Assembly (NCBI GenBank): GCA_963758295.1
Contig: CAVWUU010000004.1
Coordinates: forward strand, 672,001 to 736,000
DNA: 64,000 bases
Reading direction: 5' to 3'
DNA from: Candidatus Eremiobacteria bacterium
GTDB lineage: Bacteria; Vulcanimicrobiota; Vulcanimicrobiia; Vulcanimicrobiales; Vulcanimicrobiaceae
Positions 20,625-29,225 of this stretch are shown here, piece after piece. The notes below the pieces were generated by a model, which was not told the origin of the DNA, did no database searches, and saw only the letters and a program-made list of their open reading frames with translations. The first letter of the stretch is position 1, and the number at the start of each line of letters is the position of its first letter. The translations under genes and the position numbers were made by a program.

Positions 20625-21503
20625 TTACGGTGCCGGAGAAGCGCTCGGAACGACTTGCGTTTGCGAGTCGCACTGTTTCACCGTCTCGAGAATGTCGCGC
20701 GAAAGCACGTCTTCGTTCTTCTGCGCGTCGGATTGCGTCCATAGGATGCCGTCGCGTAAATGCGTTACCGGATTGTAACCGAGAGTGAGTCCCGGAATAC
20801 GCGAGAGATCGAGCTCGTACGGATTCGACGGCAAGCCCGCGTTACCAAGAGTCGATTGCGTATCTTGCATGCCCGGCGGCGGCGTACCATAGAACGCGTT
20901 CAAGCCTTGCGGTTGCTGTGCGGTCCGGCTGTTTTGCGTGGTGTCCGGACTGTTGATCGCGCTGATATAGCCGAAGCCTTCGTGCTGCATCTGCGAAAGC
21001 TGCTGCGTCGTAACGAAGCCGTTGATGATGTCGAGCGCACCTTCTTGCGAGGCCAACGCCCGTTCCAATTCGGACTTCAATTGCAGCAGGCGGCGATCGT
21101 CTTCGGTTCTCGGGACGTCGGGAAACGCGTTCTTGTCGTTGAGCTGTTTGTGAATCGCCACGACGTTGTCGGCGAGCGGTCCGACCAAATTTTCCATGCG
21201 CATTACGGCGATATCTTGCGATCCCGAACTGCCGTAGCCCATTGCAAAGTTGTACTGCTTGAAAAGATCGGGGCTCTTCGCAATCGTCTTGTCGTTTTGC
21301 AGCATCATTCCGACGGCCGGCGCAATCGTCTTGTGCAGCACGCTGCACATACGGCGCGTATACAGATGAATGATCTGCGGCGGACTCGTTGCTGCCGCGG
21401 CAGTTTTAGCCGTTGCGGGTGCGGGGCTTGGGGCAGCGGCCGAGAGGATCGGCATGCCAAGAAGCGCAGCGGCGATGAGTGCTGCGGGCAGGTGGTTACG
21501 CAT
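20625..21503 (-). CDS. Hypothetical secreted protein
   Basis: Signal peptide MRNHLPAALIAAALLG, Pro/Ala linker, helical-looking body. Confidence 0.7.
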   Translation of the reverse strand: MRNHLPAALIAAALLGMPILSAAAPSPAPATAKTAAAATSPPQIIHLYTRRMCSVLHKTIAPAVGMMLQNDKTIAKSPDLFKQYNFAMGYGSSGSQDIAVMRMENLVGPLADNVVAIHKQLNDKNAFPDVPRTEDDRRLLQLKSELERALASQEGALDIINGFVTTQQLSQMQHEGFGYISAINSPDTTQNSRTAQQPQGLNAFYGTPPPGMQDTQSTLGNAGLPSNPYELDLSRIPGLTLGYNPVTHLRDGILWTQSDAQKNEDVLSRDILETVKQCDSQTQVVPSASPAP

Positions 21504-21556
21504 AGGTTCCATTCTACGACGGAAACGCACGGCCAGGCCTGCCCGTTACACGGTTC

Positions 21557-22345
21557 TTACGGTAGGGTTGCTCCCTCGAGCGAGGAGCGGCTAAGGCTTT
21601 TCAGCGTCGCAGCGTCCACCGCGGAGCAGTTGCGCCGGCCCTGGTCTTCCTGGCAGATGCGAACGCCGCGGAAATTTGCGCCGTGGACGTCGGCCCCACG
21701 CAGGTCGGCACACGACGGCTCGTCGTTGTGATTCTGTCCCGTGCCGGTATTGCGCCAGCACAGCACCGCGCCTTGGAAATCGGCATTGCGCAGGTCGGCA
21801 CCGCGGAATTCCACGCCGATCAAGTCCGCGTTCGTGAAGCGCGTTCCAGCCGCTTTCGCGCCGCGCAGATCCGCTCCGATCATATGCACGCCCGAGAGAT
21901 CGAGGCCGTTCAGCGTCGTATCTTGCGCGTCGCAGCCGGTGCAGTTTCCCAGCAAAGCGCGCATCGCCGAATCGCCGCTTGCGACGGTAATTCCGCGCAG
22001 ATCGACACCGGTCGCCCGCACGCCGTCGAGCTTTGCGCCGTCGAGCCGGACGCCGCGTAACGCAACACCGGTGAGATCGGCGCCGCGGAGATCCGCTCCG
22101 CGCAAATCGGCGTCGCGAAGATCCGCACCAACGAGCTTGGCGTTGCGAAAGTTCGTGTTCTGGAGATTGCTTCCGCGAAAGTCCGCGCCTACGTACGCTA
22201 CGCCTTCGAAGTTTTGTCCGTGCATGTCGGCATGCGAGAAATCACATCCCACGCAGTGCGGCGGCGCAGCCGCCTCGGCGCGAAGCATTGGAGTAGAGGG
22301 AACCAGCGCTAGCGCACAAAGCGCAGCGAGCAAGAAACGGGCCAT
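21557..22345 (-). CDS. Secreted pentapeptide-repeat protein
   Basis: Signal peptide; many A(D/N)LxG repeats; CVGC and CTGC caps; AGGAG RBS. Confidence 0.9.
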   Translation of the reverse strand: MARFLLAALCALALVPSTPMLRAEAAAPPHCVGCDFSHADMHGQNFEGVAYVGADFRGSNLQNTNFRNAKLVGADLRDADLRGADLRGADLTGVALRGVRLDGAKLDGVRATGVDLRGITVASGDSAMRALLGNCTGCDAQDTTLNGLDLSGVHMIGADLRGAKAAGTRFTNADLIGVEFRGADLRNADFQGAVLCWRNTGTGQNHNDEPSCADLRGADVHGANFRGVRICQEDQGRRNCSAVDAATLKSLSRSSLEGATLP

Positions 22346-22359
22346 TGTTGGACTCCTTG

Positions 22360-24495
22360 TTAGTCTCGCATGATGGCACCGCTCATGGCGCTGCCTGTAA
22401 TCGAAGCCTTGGAGAGATCGACACCGCGCAAATCTGCGCCGTTGAAATCACATCCGGTGAACTCCGTATCGTTTACGTGCGCACCGCTGAGCAGTGCGTG
22501 GCGGAAATTCACACCGGTGAACATTGCGCCGGTAAGGTCTGCTCCGCGGAGATCGGCGCCCTCTAAGTTCGCGCCTTCCAGGTGCACGTGGCGCAAGTCC
22601 ATGCCGCGCAAGTTAACATTCGCGAAGCTGCAGCCTTCGCAGGCGCTTAGCACCACGCGCGCTTGGTCCGGTGAAAGCCGGCTTACGTCGATTTCGCATC
22701 CCGTGAGCTGCGCGCCGTCGAAGCGTGCTCCGGCAAGCTGCGCGCCTTTCATGTTGCAGCCTTCCAGATTCGCTCCGGCAAAGGACGCGTTGCGCAGGTC
22801 CGCATCTTTGAAGTTCACGCCCGTGAGCGAAGCGTGGTCGAAATGCGAGCCTTGAAGATTGGCTCGCGCGAAATTCGAGCCTTCCAAGTTGCGATTGCTG
22901 AAGTCTTTGTTCTGTAAATTCGCATTGCCGTAGTCGCAGCCGACGCATTCACCCGCGCTGCTGTGCTGTTGTGCGATCTGCGCAACGCGCAACGATTGCT
23001 TGAGCGAATCGTGTACGAGCTGCGACACGTGTGCGCTCACGGCGGGCGGCGGTACGGCCAAGTCGACCGACGGAACCGCCTTTATGGCCGCATTTGCGGA
23101 GACCAGAGCTTGCGATGCGGTATCGGTCGCCATTTTTACATGTTCTTCGACGACCTTGCGAACGACGGTTTTGGTCTCTTCGGTCTTCGCATTTGCGATC
23201 GGTGCGTTGGGCGCGCCCGGCTTAGCTTTAGGCGCTTCAACCGGCGAGGCTTTGACTGACGGCGCCGGATGTGAGCGTGCAGGGGGAACCGCCGCATGCG
23301 CCGTGGTTTCCCAAGCATCGGCCGGTTGCGGCGCTTGCGGTTCGGTAAACGCAATGCTTGGCGTCATCGTGCGCAGCAGGAAGAAAATCGCGAGCAGCGC
23401 CACGCTGACCGACGCCGCGATACCGGGTGCAATCGATGAGCCGATCGCGCGCCCCGTGCGCAGCAAACGCTCGATACGAATCGAGATGTTTTTGCGAGTG
23501 ACGAACACGCCGGGTGCCGGGACCGCGCGATGCGGCCACGCCGTCATTTCGGCCATCTTCGTCAGGCAGAAGGCGTAGGGACGAACTTGTCCGGTGAGTT
23601 GCAGCACGAAGTCGTCGCACGCAACTTCCCGCTCGATGTCGAGCTGGCGCGCGATGAACCACACCGCCGGATTGAAGAACAACAACGCCGAGGCAATGCG
23701 CTGCAGACTATTCGTCCAATCGTCGGAACGCAGTAAGTGCGCGAGTTCGTGCAGGCTGATTTGGTCGACTTCGGCCGGATCGAGTGAATGCACGAGGTGC
23801 GACGGCAGGAGAATCATCGCGTCGAAGAGCCCGATTGCGACCGGCACTTCGATATCGTCCGAGACGCATAGGCGAACGTCGCGGTGGCCCTTGAGGGCGG
23901 CGTCCCAACGCGGCATGGCATCGCGGTAGTCTACCGCGAGCGGCAACGCGTCGCGCTTGAGCCGTTCCAACGCCATCAGCGCAATTCCAAGGCGCACGAG
24001 CACTACGAGCGACGCCACGAGCCAGAGCGCGAAGACGACGGCCGCAACGAGCGTCGGCACTTTCACGTTGAGCGAATGCGCGGCTGGAGTGGCGTTCGTA
24101 GAAACGTTGGTCGACGCCGTCAACGACGAAGCTTTCGGTTGCGCCGACGTATGGGTCTCACGCGTCTTTACGGGCGGTGCGGCGAGATGCACGCCGTGCG
24201 TCTTCGGTTGCGCAACGTAATGTGCCGGCCCGGACGGCGTCGAGATCGTCCGGTGCGCCGTACCCGTTGCCGGCGTCTCAACCGTAACGCGAGAAAGGCT
24301 CGTGGCGACCGGGACTACGATCACCGCGCACAGCGCGATCGCCCACACGGCATATCGCGTACTGGCATTTGCTTTGCCGAAGACGCGGAGCGCAAGCCAA
24401 GCGACAAACGCGATCAACGCACCTTGCCACAGGCCGTTAATGAGGATCGCGATGGCAATGCGCGCGGCCGAATCAAAAAACGGAAGCCACGACAT
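22360..24495 (-). CDS. BlaR1/MecR1-like M56 metallopeptidase with C-terminal pentapeptide-repeat domain
   Basis: NGLWQG TM start, RYAVW, HELAH, FFNP, EREVACDD; after a further TM and linker, CVGC- and CEGC-capped pentapeptide repeats. Confidence 0.92.
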   Translation of the reverse strand: MSWLPFFDSAARIAIAILINGLWQGALIAFVAWLALRVFGKANASTRYAVWAIALCAVIVVPVATSLSRVTVETPATGTAHRTISTPSGPAHYVAQPKTHGVHLAAPPVKTRETHTSAQPKASSLTASTNVSTNATPAAHSLNVKVPTLVAAVVFALWLVASLVVLVRLGIALMALERLKRDALPLAVDYRDAMPRWDAALKGHRDVRLCVSDDIEVPVAIGLFDAMILLPSHLVHSLDPAEVDQISLHELAHLLRSDDWTNSLQRIASALLFFNPAVWFIARQLDIEREVACDDFVLQLTGQVRPYAFCLTKMAEMTAWPHRAVPAPGVFVTRKNISIRIERLLRTGRAIGSSIAPGIAASVSVALLAIFFLLRTMTPSIAFTEPQAPQPADAWETTAHAAVPPARSHPAPSVKASPVEAPKAKPGAPNAPIANAKTEETKTVVRKVVEEHVKMATDTASQALVSANAAIKAVPSVDLAVPPPAVSAHVSQLVHDSLKQSLRVAQIAQQHSSAGECVGCDYGNANLQNKDFSNRNLEGSNFARANLQGSHFDHASLTGVNFKDADLRNASFAGANLEGCNMKGAQLAGARFDGAQLTGCEIDVSRLSPDQARVVLSACEGCSFANVNLRGMDLRHVHLEGANLEGADLRGADLTGAMFTGVNFRHALLSGAHVNDTEFTGCDFNGADLRGVDLSKASITGSAMSGAIMRD

Positions 24496-24879
24496 TTAGG
24501 CCTCTTCTTCGTAACGTTCGATGAGCGAGCGCAGGCGCGCCAGCTCATCATCGGAGGGACGCTCGTTTTCGATGAGGCGCAGCGCGAGAGCGCCCGTGTT
24601 GTCGCCGAAGAATTTCGAAACGACTTGCTTCACCGCGGACTGCGCCGCGGCTTCGCGGGCGATCAGCGGATGATAGATGTACGCGCGCCCGGCTTCTTCG
24701 TGGCCGACGTGCCCCTTCTGCTCGAGGATGCGAAGGGTCGTCAGGACGGTATTATAGGCGACCGGCGGCGGAGGCATGGCTCCGGCGACTTCGGCAACCG
24801 TCCCGCGCCCGAGGCGCCAAAGCACCTCCATGATGCGCAGTTCGCCCTCGGTTAAGGTCGGCGATTTCTTTCGAGCCAC
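24496..24879 (-). CDS. BlaI/MecI/CopY family repressor
   Basis: LTEGELRIMEVLW, AYNTVLTTLRILEQKG, GRAYIY.P, FFG; adjacent to the M56 gene. Confidence 0.93.
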   Translation of the reverse strand: MARKKSPTLTEGELRIMEVLWRLGRGTVAEVAGAMPPPPVAYNTVLTTLRILEQKGHVGHEEAGRAYIYHPLIAREAAAQSAVKQVVSKFFGDNTGALALRLIENERPSDDELARLRSLIERYEEEA

Positions 24880-24912
24880 TTCGTCTAGCCTCCATCCGCG
24901 CGTAGGCGGTCC

Positions 24913-24976
24913 ACTCTTAATTCCTTAGGAGTAGGCTACCACCGGAGGGGCGACTTGTCAACTAATACGTTAGTTG
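24913..24976 (-). promoter_or_regulatory. Promoter of the blaI-like operon with two candidate operators
   Basis: TTGACA (24961-24956), 17 bp spacer, TGG-TAGCCT (-10 at 24938-24933); inverted repeats CAACTAA-N4-TTAGTTG (24959-24976) and ACTCTTAA-N4-TTAGGAGT (24913-24932). Confidence 0.7.
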
Positions 24977-25473
24977 TCCGCGCTGGCTTGCTCGAGCTGC
25001 TGCTTTTCTTCGCCCGAGATGACCATCGTCAGATCAAGCATGATGATCAGACGGTCGTTCAGCTTGCCGACGCCCTGAATGTACTCCGTCCCCACGCCGG
25101 CGATCATTTCGGGTGCATCCTCAACGTTCTCGATGGGGATGTTCAACACTTCGCTGACGCTGTCGACCACCATACCGACTCGCTTGCTTCCGATTTCCGT
25201 GACGATGATGCGCGTGCTCTTGGTCGGGTCGATGCGGCTCATGCCGAAGCGCGTGCGCAGATCGATGATGGGAATCAGCTGGCCGCGCAGGTTGATGACG
25301 CCTTCCATGAACCGCGGCGCGCGCGGCACGTGCGTGATCTCGACCATACGGATGATTTCCTGAACCTGCGAGATGTCGACGCCGTACTCTTCACTTCCGA
25401 GCTGGAACGAGACGACCTGAATAAGCTCGCCCGAAAGCTGCTGTCTGCGATCTTCCTTAACGTCTGTCATCAT
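24970..25473 (-). CDS. cheW: Chemotaxis coupling protein CheW
   Basis: F.LG.EEYGVDI..VQEII, GVINLRG.LIPIIDL, VGMVVDSVSEV. Confidence 0.96.
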   Translation of the reverse strand: MMTDVKEDRRQQLSGELIQVVSFQLGSEEYGVDISQVQEIIRMVEITHVPRAPRFMEGVINLRGQLIPIIDLRTRFGMSRIDPTKSTRIIVTEIGSKRVGMVVDSVSEVLNIPIENVEDAPEMIAGVGTEYIQGVGKLNDRLIIMLDLTMVISGEEKQQLEQASADN

Positions 25474-25476
25474 GAT

Positions 25477-27409
25477 TTAGACTCCTGAAAATTCCGCGCG
25501 GGCAACCTTGCCGCCTTGATATGCTTCGCTGACCAGGGAATGAACGTCGATGATGAGCGAGATCGACCCGTTGCCGAGAATCGTCGCTCCCGAAATACCG
25601 GCAATACGTCCGACAACGTCGGAAAGCGGTTTGATGACGATTTCTTGCTCGCCTTCGAAAGAATCGACGACGAGGCCGACCTGGCGACCCTGCAATCCGA
25701 CGATAACGATCATGACTTTCTGCGGATCGCGTTCGCCGCCGAGTTCGAAGAACTCCGCGATGCGCACGAGCGGCACGACTTGTCCGCGCAGCGTGATGAC
25801 CTCGTTGCCGTGCACCGTGCGCACGTCGGCCATTTCGACGCGTTGCGACTCGATAACCGAATCGAGCGGAATCGCGTACAACTCTTCGGCGACACGCACC
25901 AGCAGCGCCTGAATGATTGCAAGCGTCAGCGGAAGCTTGATCGTGAAACGCGTACCTTGTCCCGGCACCGTATCGACGTCGAAAACGCCCTTCAAACGCG
26001 TGATGTTTCGCTTGACGACGTCCATGCCGACGCCGCGTCCGCTGACGTCGGAAACAACGTCTGCAGTCGAAAAGCCGGGCGTGAAGATCAATTCGACGAT
26101 TTCGCGATCGCTCAAACGATCGTCCGCTGAAATCAACCCCTGCTTAATCCCGCGGGCACGTACTTTTTCCAGATTGATGCCGGCGCCGTCGTCGGAGACT
26201 TCGATGATGATCTGATTGCCTTCGTGATAGGCGTTCAGCTTAATCGTTCCGGCGCGCGGCTTGCCGAGACGCTGCGCGCTCGTCGGGCGCTTCAATGCCA
26301 TGATCGACGTTGTTCCGCAGCAAGTGCATGAGCGGCTCGCCCACTTCGTCGACGATCGTCTTGTCCAGATCCGTTTCCGCACCGGAAATCTCCAATTGCA
26401 CTTCTTTGCCGCGCGCTTTAGCCACGTCGCGAACGAGGCGCGGGAACCGGTCGAACACTTGTCCGATCGGAACCATGCGCACTTTCATGATCGACTCTTG
26501 AATTTCGTTGGTCGTGCGCGCGAGCAGGGCCGAGCTATCCACCAAATCTTTGGCGAGCGGCGCCATGATCGCCGTCGAGGCGTCGAGGCCTTTATCTTGC
26601 ATCAAACGCTCGAGCGTATTCGCGATATCCGAAATACGCGTGCGGTTGATTACGAGTTCGCCGACGAGATTCAAGAGGCCGTCGAGACGCTCGATGTCTA
26701 CGCGAATCGTTTGATGGATGTTGCCTTTGGAAGCTTTAGGCGCAACCGGCTTTTCAACGCGAGCGACCGGCGCAGCCGCAACCGGCTCAGGCGGAAGGTC
26801 TTTGATGAACGGCTCAACGGCGGCGGGCGCTATCGGCTCCGTGAATGCACCGCCGTTTGCCTGCGCAAGAAGGCGCGCGACTTCGGCTTCGAACGCTTCA
26901 ACGTCGGCCGAGCTCGCCTCTTCGGGAGCGTCGGCAGCGGCGAGTGCTTCGAACGAATGCTCTTCGCCGGTGCGTCCATCGATCACGTGCGCCGTCTCTT
27001 CGTAAATGGACGTGTACTGATCGAGCTTGCGCACGTACTCGTCGACGCCGGTCGGCATTTCGCTTTCACCGATCGCCGCTTCAACGAGATCCGTGAGCAG
27101 GTCGCGACCGGTAAAAAGAATGTCGACGCTGCTCTCGGAGAGCGGCATACGATCTTTGCGAAGCAAGTCGCAAAGGTTTTCCAATTTATGCGCGAGCGCC
27201 TGAACGTCGGTAAAACCCAACATTCCGGAGCTGCCTTTAACGGTATGCAGCGCCCGGAACAGCGAATTGACGATTTCCGGATCGGTGTGACCGGAAGAGA
27301 CGTTCTCTTCGAGCCGCAACAGATCGCTGTCGATCTGATGCAGCAACTCTTCCGCTTCATCGCGGAAGTACGAAATGAACTCTTCCCTATTGAACAGCTC
27401 GTCGCTCAT
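25477..27409 (-). CDS. cheA: Chemotaxis histidine kinase CheA (indel near 26280)
   Basis: HPt LFRALHTVKGSSG, IRVD...LVGELVI, HLLRN.VDHG, DDGAG, SGRGVGMDVV, LPLTLAII, CheW-like C-terminus. Confidence 0.95.
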
Positions 27410-27412
27410 GGT

Positions 27413-27489
27413 AAGCGCCTATGCTCCGACAAACTCAGCGTGAGCGCACAGAACGTCGTCATGCTGAGCCGGTCGAAGCACAGGCGATG
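27413..27489 (+). repeat. Diverged dimer of the REP-like repeat filling the cheC-cheA spacer
   Basis: Reverse arm at 27413-27444 and forward arm GTCATGCTGAGCCGGTCGAAGCACAGGCGATG at 27458-27489. Confidence 0.8.
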
Positions 27490-27496
27490 CTCTTCT

Positions 27497-28105
27497 CTAC
27501 TCTACGCCGAAGACGGAGAGAAGCGGGCCGAGGGATCCCGTTTCCGGGATGAGGATGAATTGGCCGGCGACGGCTTTGTCGCGATCCAAGAACGCCGACT
27601 CGATAAGGAAGACGTCTTGATCCGGCAGGATCGACATCAGCGTGCGGAACGCCGCCTGCACCGTACCGTACGAAAGCGTCGGCACCGACGGAAGCAGGTT
27701 GCTGCCGGTCAACTGAATGATCGCTGTGAGATACGAGCCGGCGATGATGTTGCCGAGCTCTTTCAGCGTGGAATCCGCGATCGAGTCGAAGATTTGAATG
27801 TCGCCGATCACGCGATGGAGGAACTGGCTAACGAAGTCCAGGGCCTGTTCGCGATCGAAGAGCACGACCATCTGGCCCGGCGCTTCGCCGCGCACGTACA
27901 TGTGCAGCGCGGCAACCGTGCGGCTCTGGTGACCGACGCGCGACGCGAGGTCGCGGAACTTGATCACATCGATGCTCGGTTCGCTGAGGTTGATCTTCGT
28001 GTTCAGCAGCTGCGAAAGCGCCGTAGCCGCGTGACCCGCGCCGATGTTGCCGACTTCTTTCAGCGCATCTTTCTGCAGGTCGCTAAGTTCCATGCTTTGG
28101 CTCAT
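27497..28105 (-). CDS. cheC: CheC phosphatase
   Basis: DALKEVGNIGAGHAATALS and STLKELGNIIAGSY (two ExxN motifs); ATG overlaps the cheY stop. Confidence 0.93.
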   Translation of the reverse strand: MSQSMELSDLQKDALKEVGNIGAGHAATALSQLLNTKINLSEPSIDVIKFRDLASRVGHQSRTVAALHMYVRGEAPGQMVVLFDREQALDFVSQFLHRVIGDIQIFDSIADSTLKELGNIIAGSYLTAIIQLTGSNLLPSVPTLSYGTVQAAFRTLMSILPDQDVFLIESAFLDRDKAVAGQFILIPETGSLGPLLSVFGVE

Positions 28106-28464
28106 GAAAGCACCTTCTGGATCGTTTCCAGAATTTTCGGCGGCTGGAACGGCTTGGTGATGAACGATTTCGCGCCGGCCTGAATCGCCTCTACCACGAG
28201 TGCCTGCTGGCCCATTGACGTACACATGATGATTTTCGCGTTGGGATCGGATGCGACGATCTGTTTGACCGCCGAAATACCGTCCAGTTCCGGCATAACC
28301 ATATCCATGGTAACGAGGTCCGGTTGAAGTTGTTTATACTTCTCGATTGCCTCAACGCCGTTTTGGGCCTCTCCGACGACTTCAAAGCCGTTCTTGGAGA
28401 GAATTCCCTTAATCATCATCCGCATGACGACGGCATCGTCGACGATGAGGACCCTCTTGCTCAT
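28102..28464 (-). CDS. cheY: Chemotaxis response regulator CheY
   Basis: VLIVDDA, PDLVTMD..MP..DG, MCTSMGQQ, GAK.FI.KPF. Confidence 0.93.
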   Translation of the reverse strand: MSKRVLIVDDAVVMRMMIKGILSKNGFEVVGEAQNGVEAIEKYKQLQPDLVTMDMVMPELDGISAVKQIVASDPNAKIIMCTSMGQQALVVEAIQAGAKSFITKPFQPPKILETIQKVLS

Positions 28465-28518
28465 CCGTAGCTCCCAACACAAGTGCGATGGACAACATAG
28501 GCGTCCATCCTTCAAACT

Positions 28519-28546
28519 GCATCGGCTGAAGCGAGGCTCTACTTGA
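28519..28546 (-). promoter_or_regulatory. Sigma28-like promoter for cheY-cheC-cheA-cheW
   Basis: TCAAG-N15-GCCGATGC on the minus strand. Confidence 0.6.
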
Positions 28547-28556
28547 GGATTTTAGC

Positions 28557-29225
28557 CTAAGCTAAACCGCGGTTTCTAAGGTCGGTCTGCTTGCGGTTGA
28601 TGAACTCGATGATGGCCTGGTCCTCGTCCGGACGTACTCCGTGGAAACGCAGCCCATGAGAATGCTTTCCGGAGGTCGGAACCGGCTCGTGCCGCATCAC
28701 TTCGCCGATCAGGGTTACCGGCGGCGCGCCGCTCTTGAGCGCCATCTGGATCTCGACCTTCGTTCCATGCTTCAACGGCCGCTCGCAGATCAGCGAACAT
28801 CCGCCGCGGCTGATGTCTCGAATCGTCCCGCGGGTGAACTCGCCGCTGCCGATGTTGCCCGGCGCGAAGCGCCACGACCCGGCGACAAGGGTGTCCATGC
28901 GCACGCTCGAGCGTTTCTGCACGCCGGTCGCCGCGCCGATGATCGTGAGTTTACGAGGCGCGTCGAATTGAGTCGTCGTGGCCGTTGCGCCCGAAATCTT
29001 CGTCTGGGCGCGATAGCGGCCGGTGACGGCCGTATAAACGATCACGGCGGTCTCGCCGACGCGTCCAAGGCACTCTTTGGTGACGATTGCCTTCGTAGTG
29101 ACCGCTTCCACCATTACGGTTCGTGCCGGGCGGCCGGCAACGATGACGTCGACGGCCGAATGAAGCGGCGGCAATTTCGTCAGCGGCACGTTGGCCGTCT
29201 TTGCTCCAAAGAGCGATCTTAGCAT
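28557..29225 (-). CDS. PilZ-domain c-di-GMP binding protein (flagellar brake-like)
   Basis: QKRSSVR (RxxxR) and DISRGG (DxSxxG); directly after flhA. Confidence 0.85.
   Translation of the reverse strand: MLRSLFGAKTANVPLTKLPPLHSAVDVIVAGRPARTVMVEAVTTKAIVTKECLGRVGETAVIVYTAVTGRYRAQTKISGATATTTQFDAPRKLTIIGAATGVQKRSSVRMDTLVAGSWRFAPGNIGSGEFTRGTIRDISRGGCSLICERPLKHGTKVEIQMALKSGAPPVTLIGEVMRHEPVPTSGKHSHGLRFHGVRPDEDQAIIEFINRKQTDLRNRGLA

Noticed and set aside
21557..24495. Qnr/MfpA-type quinolone resistance genes
   Set aside because: The repeats are predicted to be extracytoplasmic (signal peptide, or after a TM helix), away from gyrase.
26261..28183. Long antisense ORFs (for example 26261..28183, 58255..59658, 12970..14337)
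   Set aside because: They are shadow frames of well-supported genes on the opposite strand in GC-rich DNA and carry no motifs.
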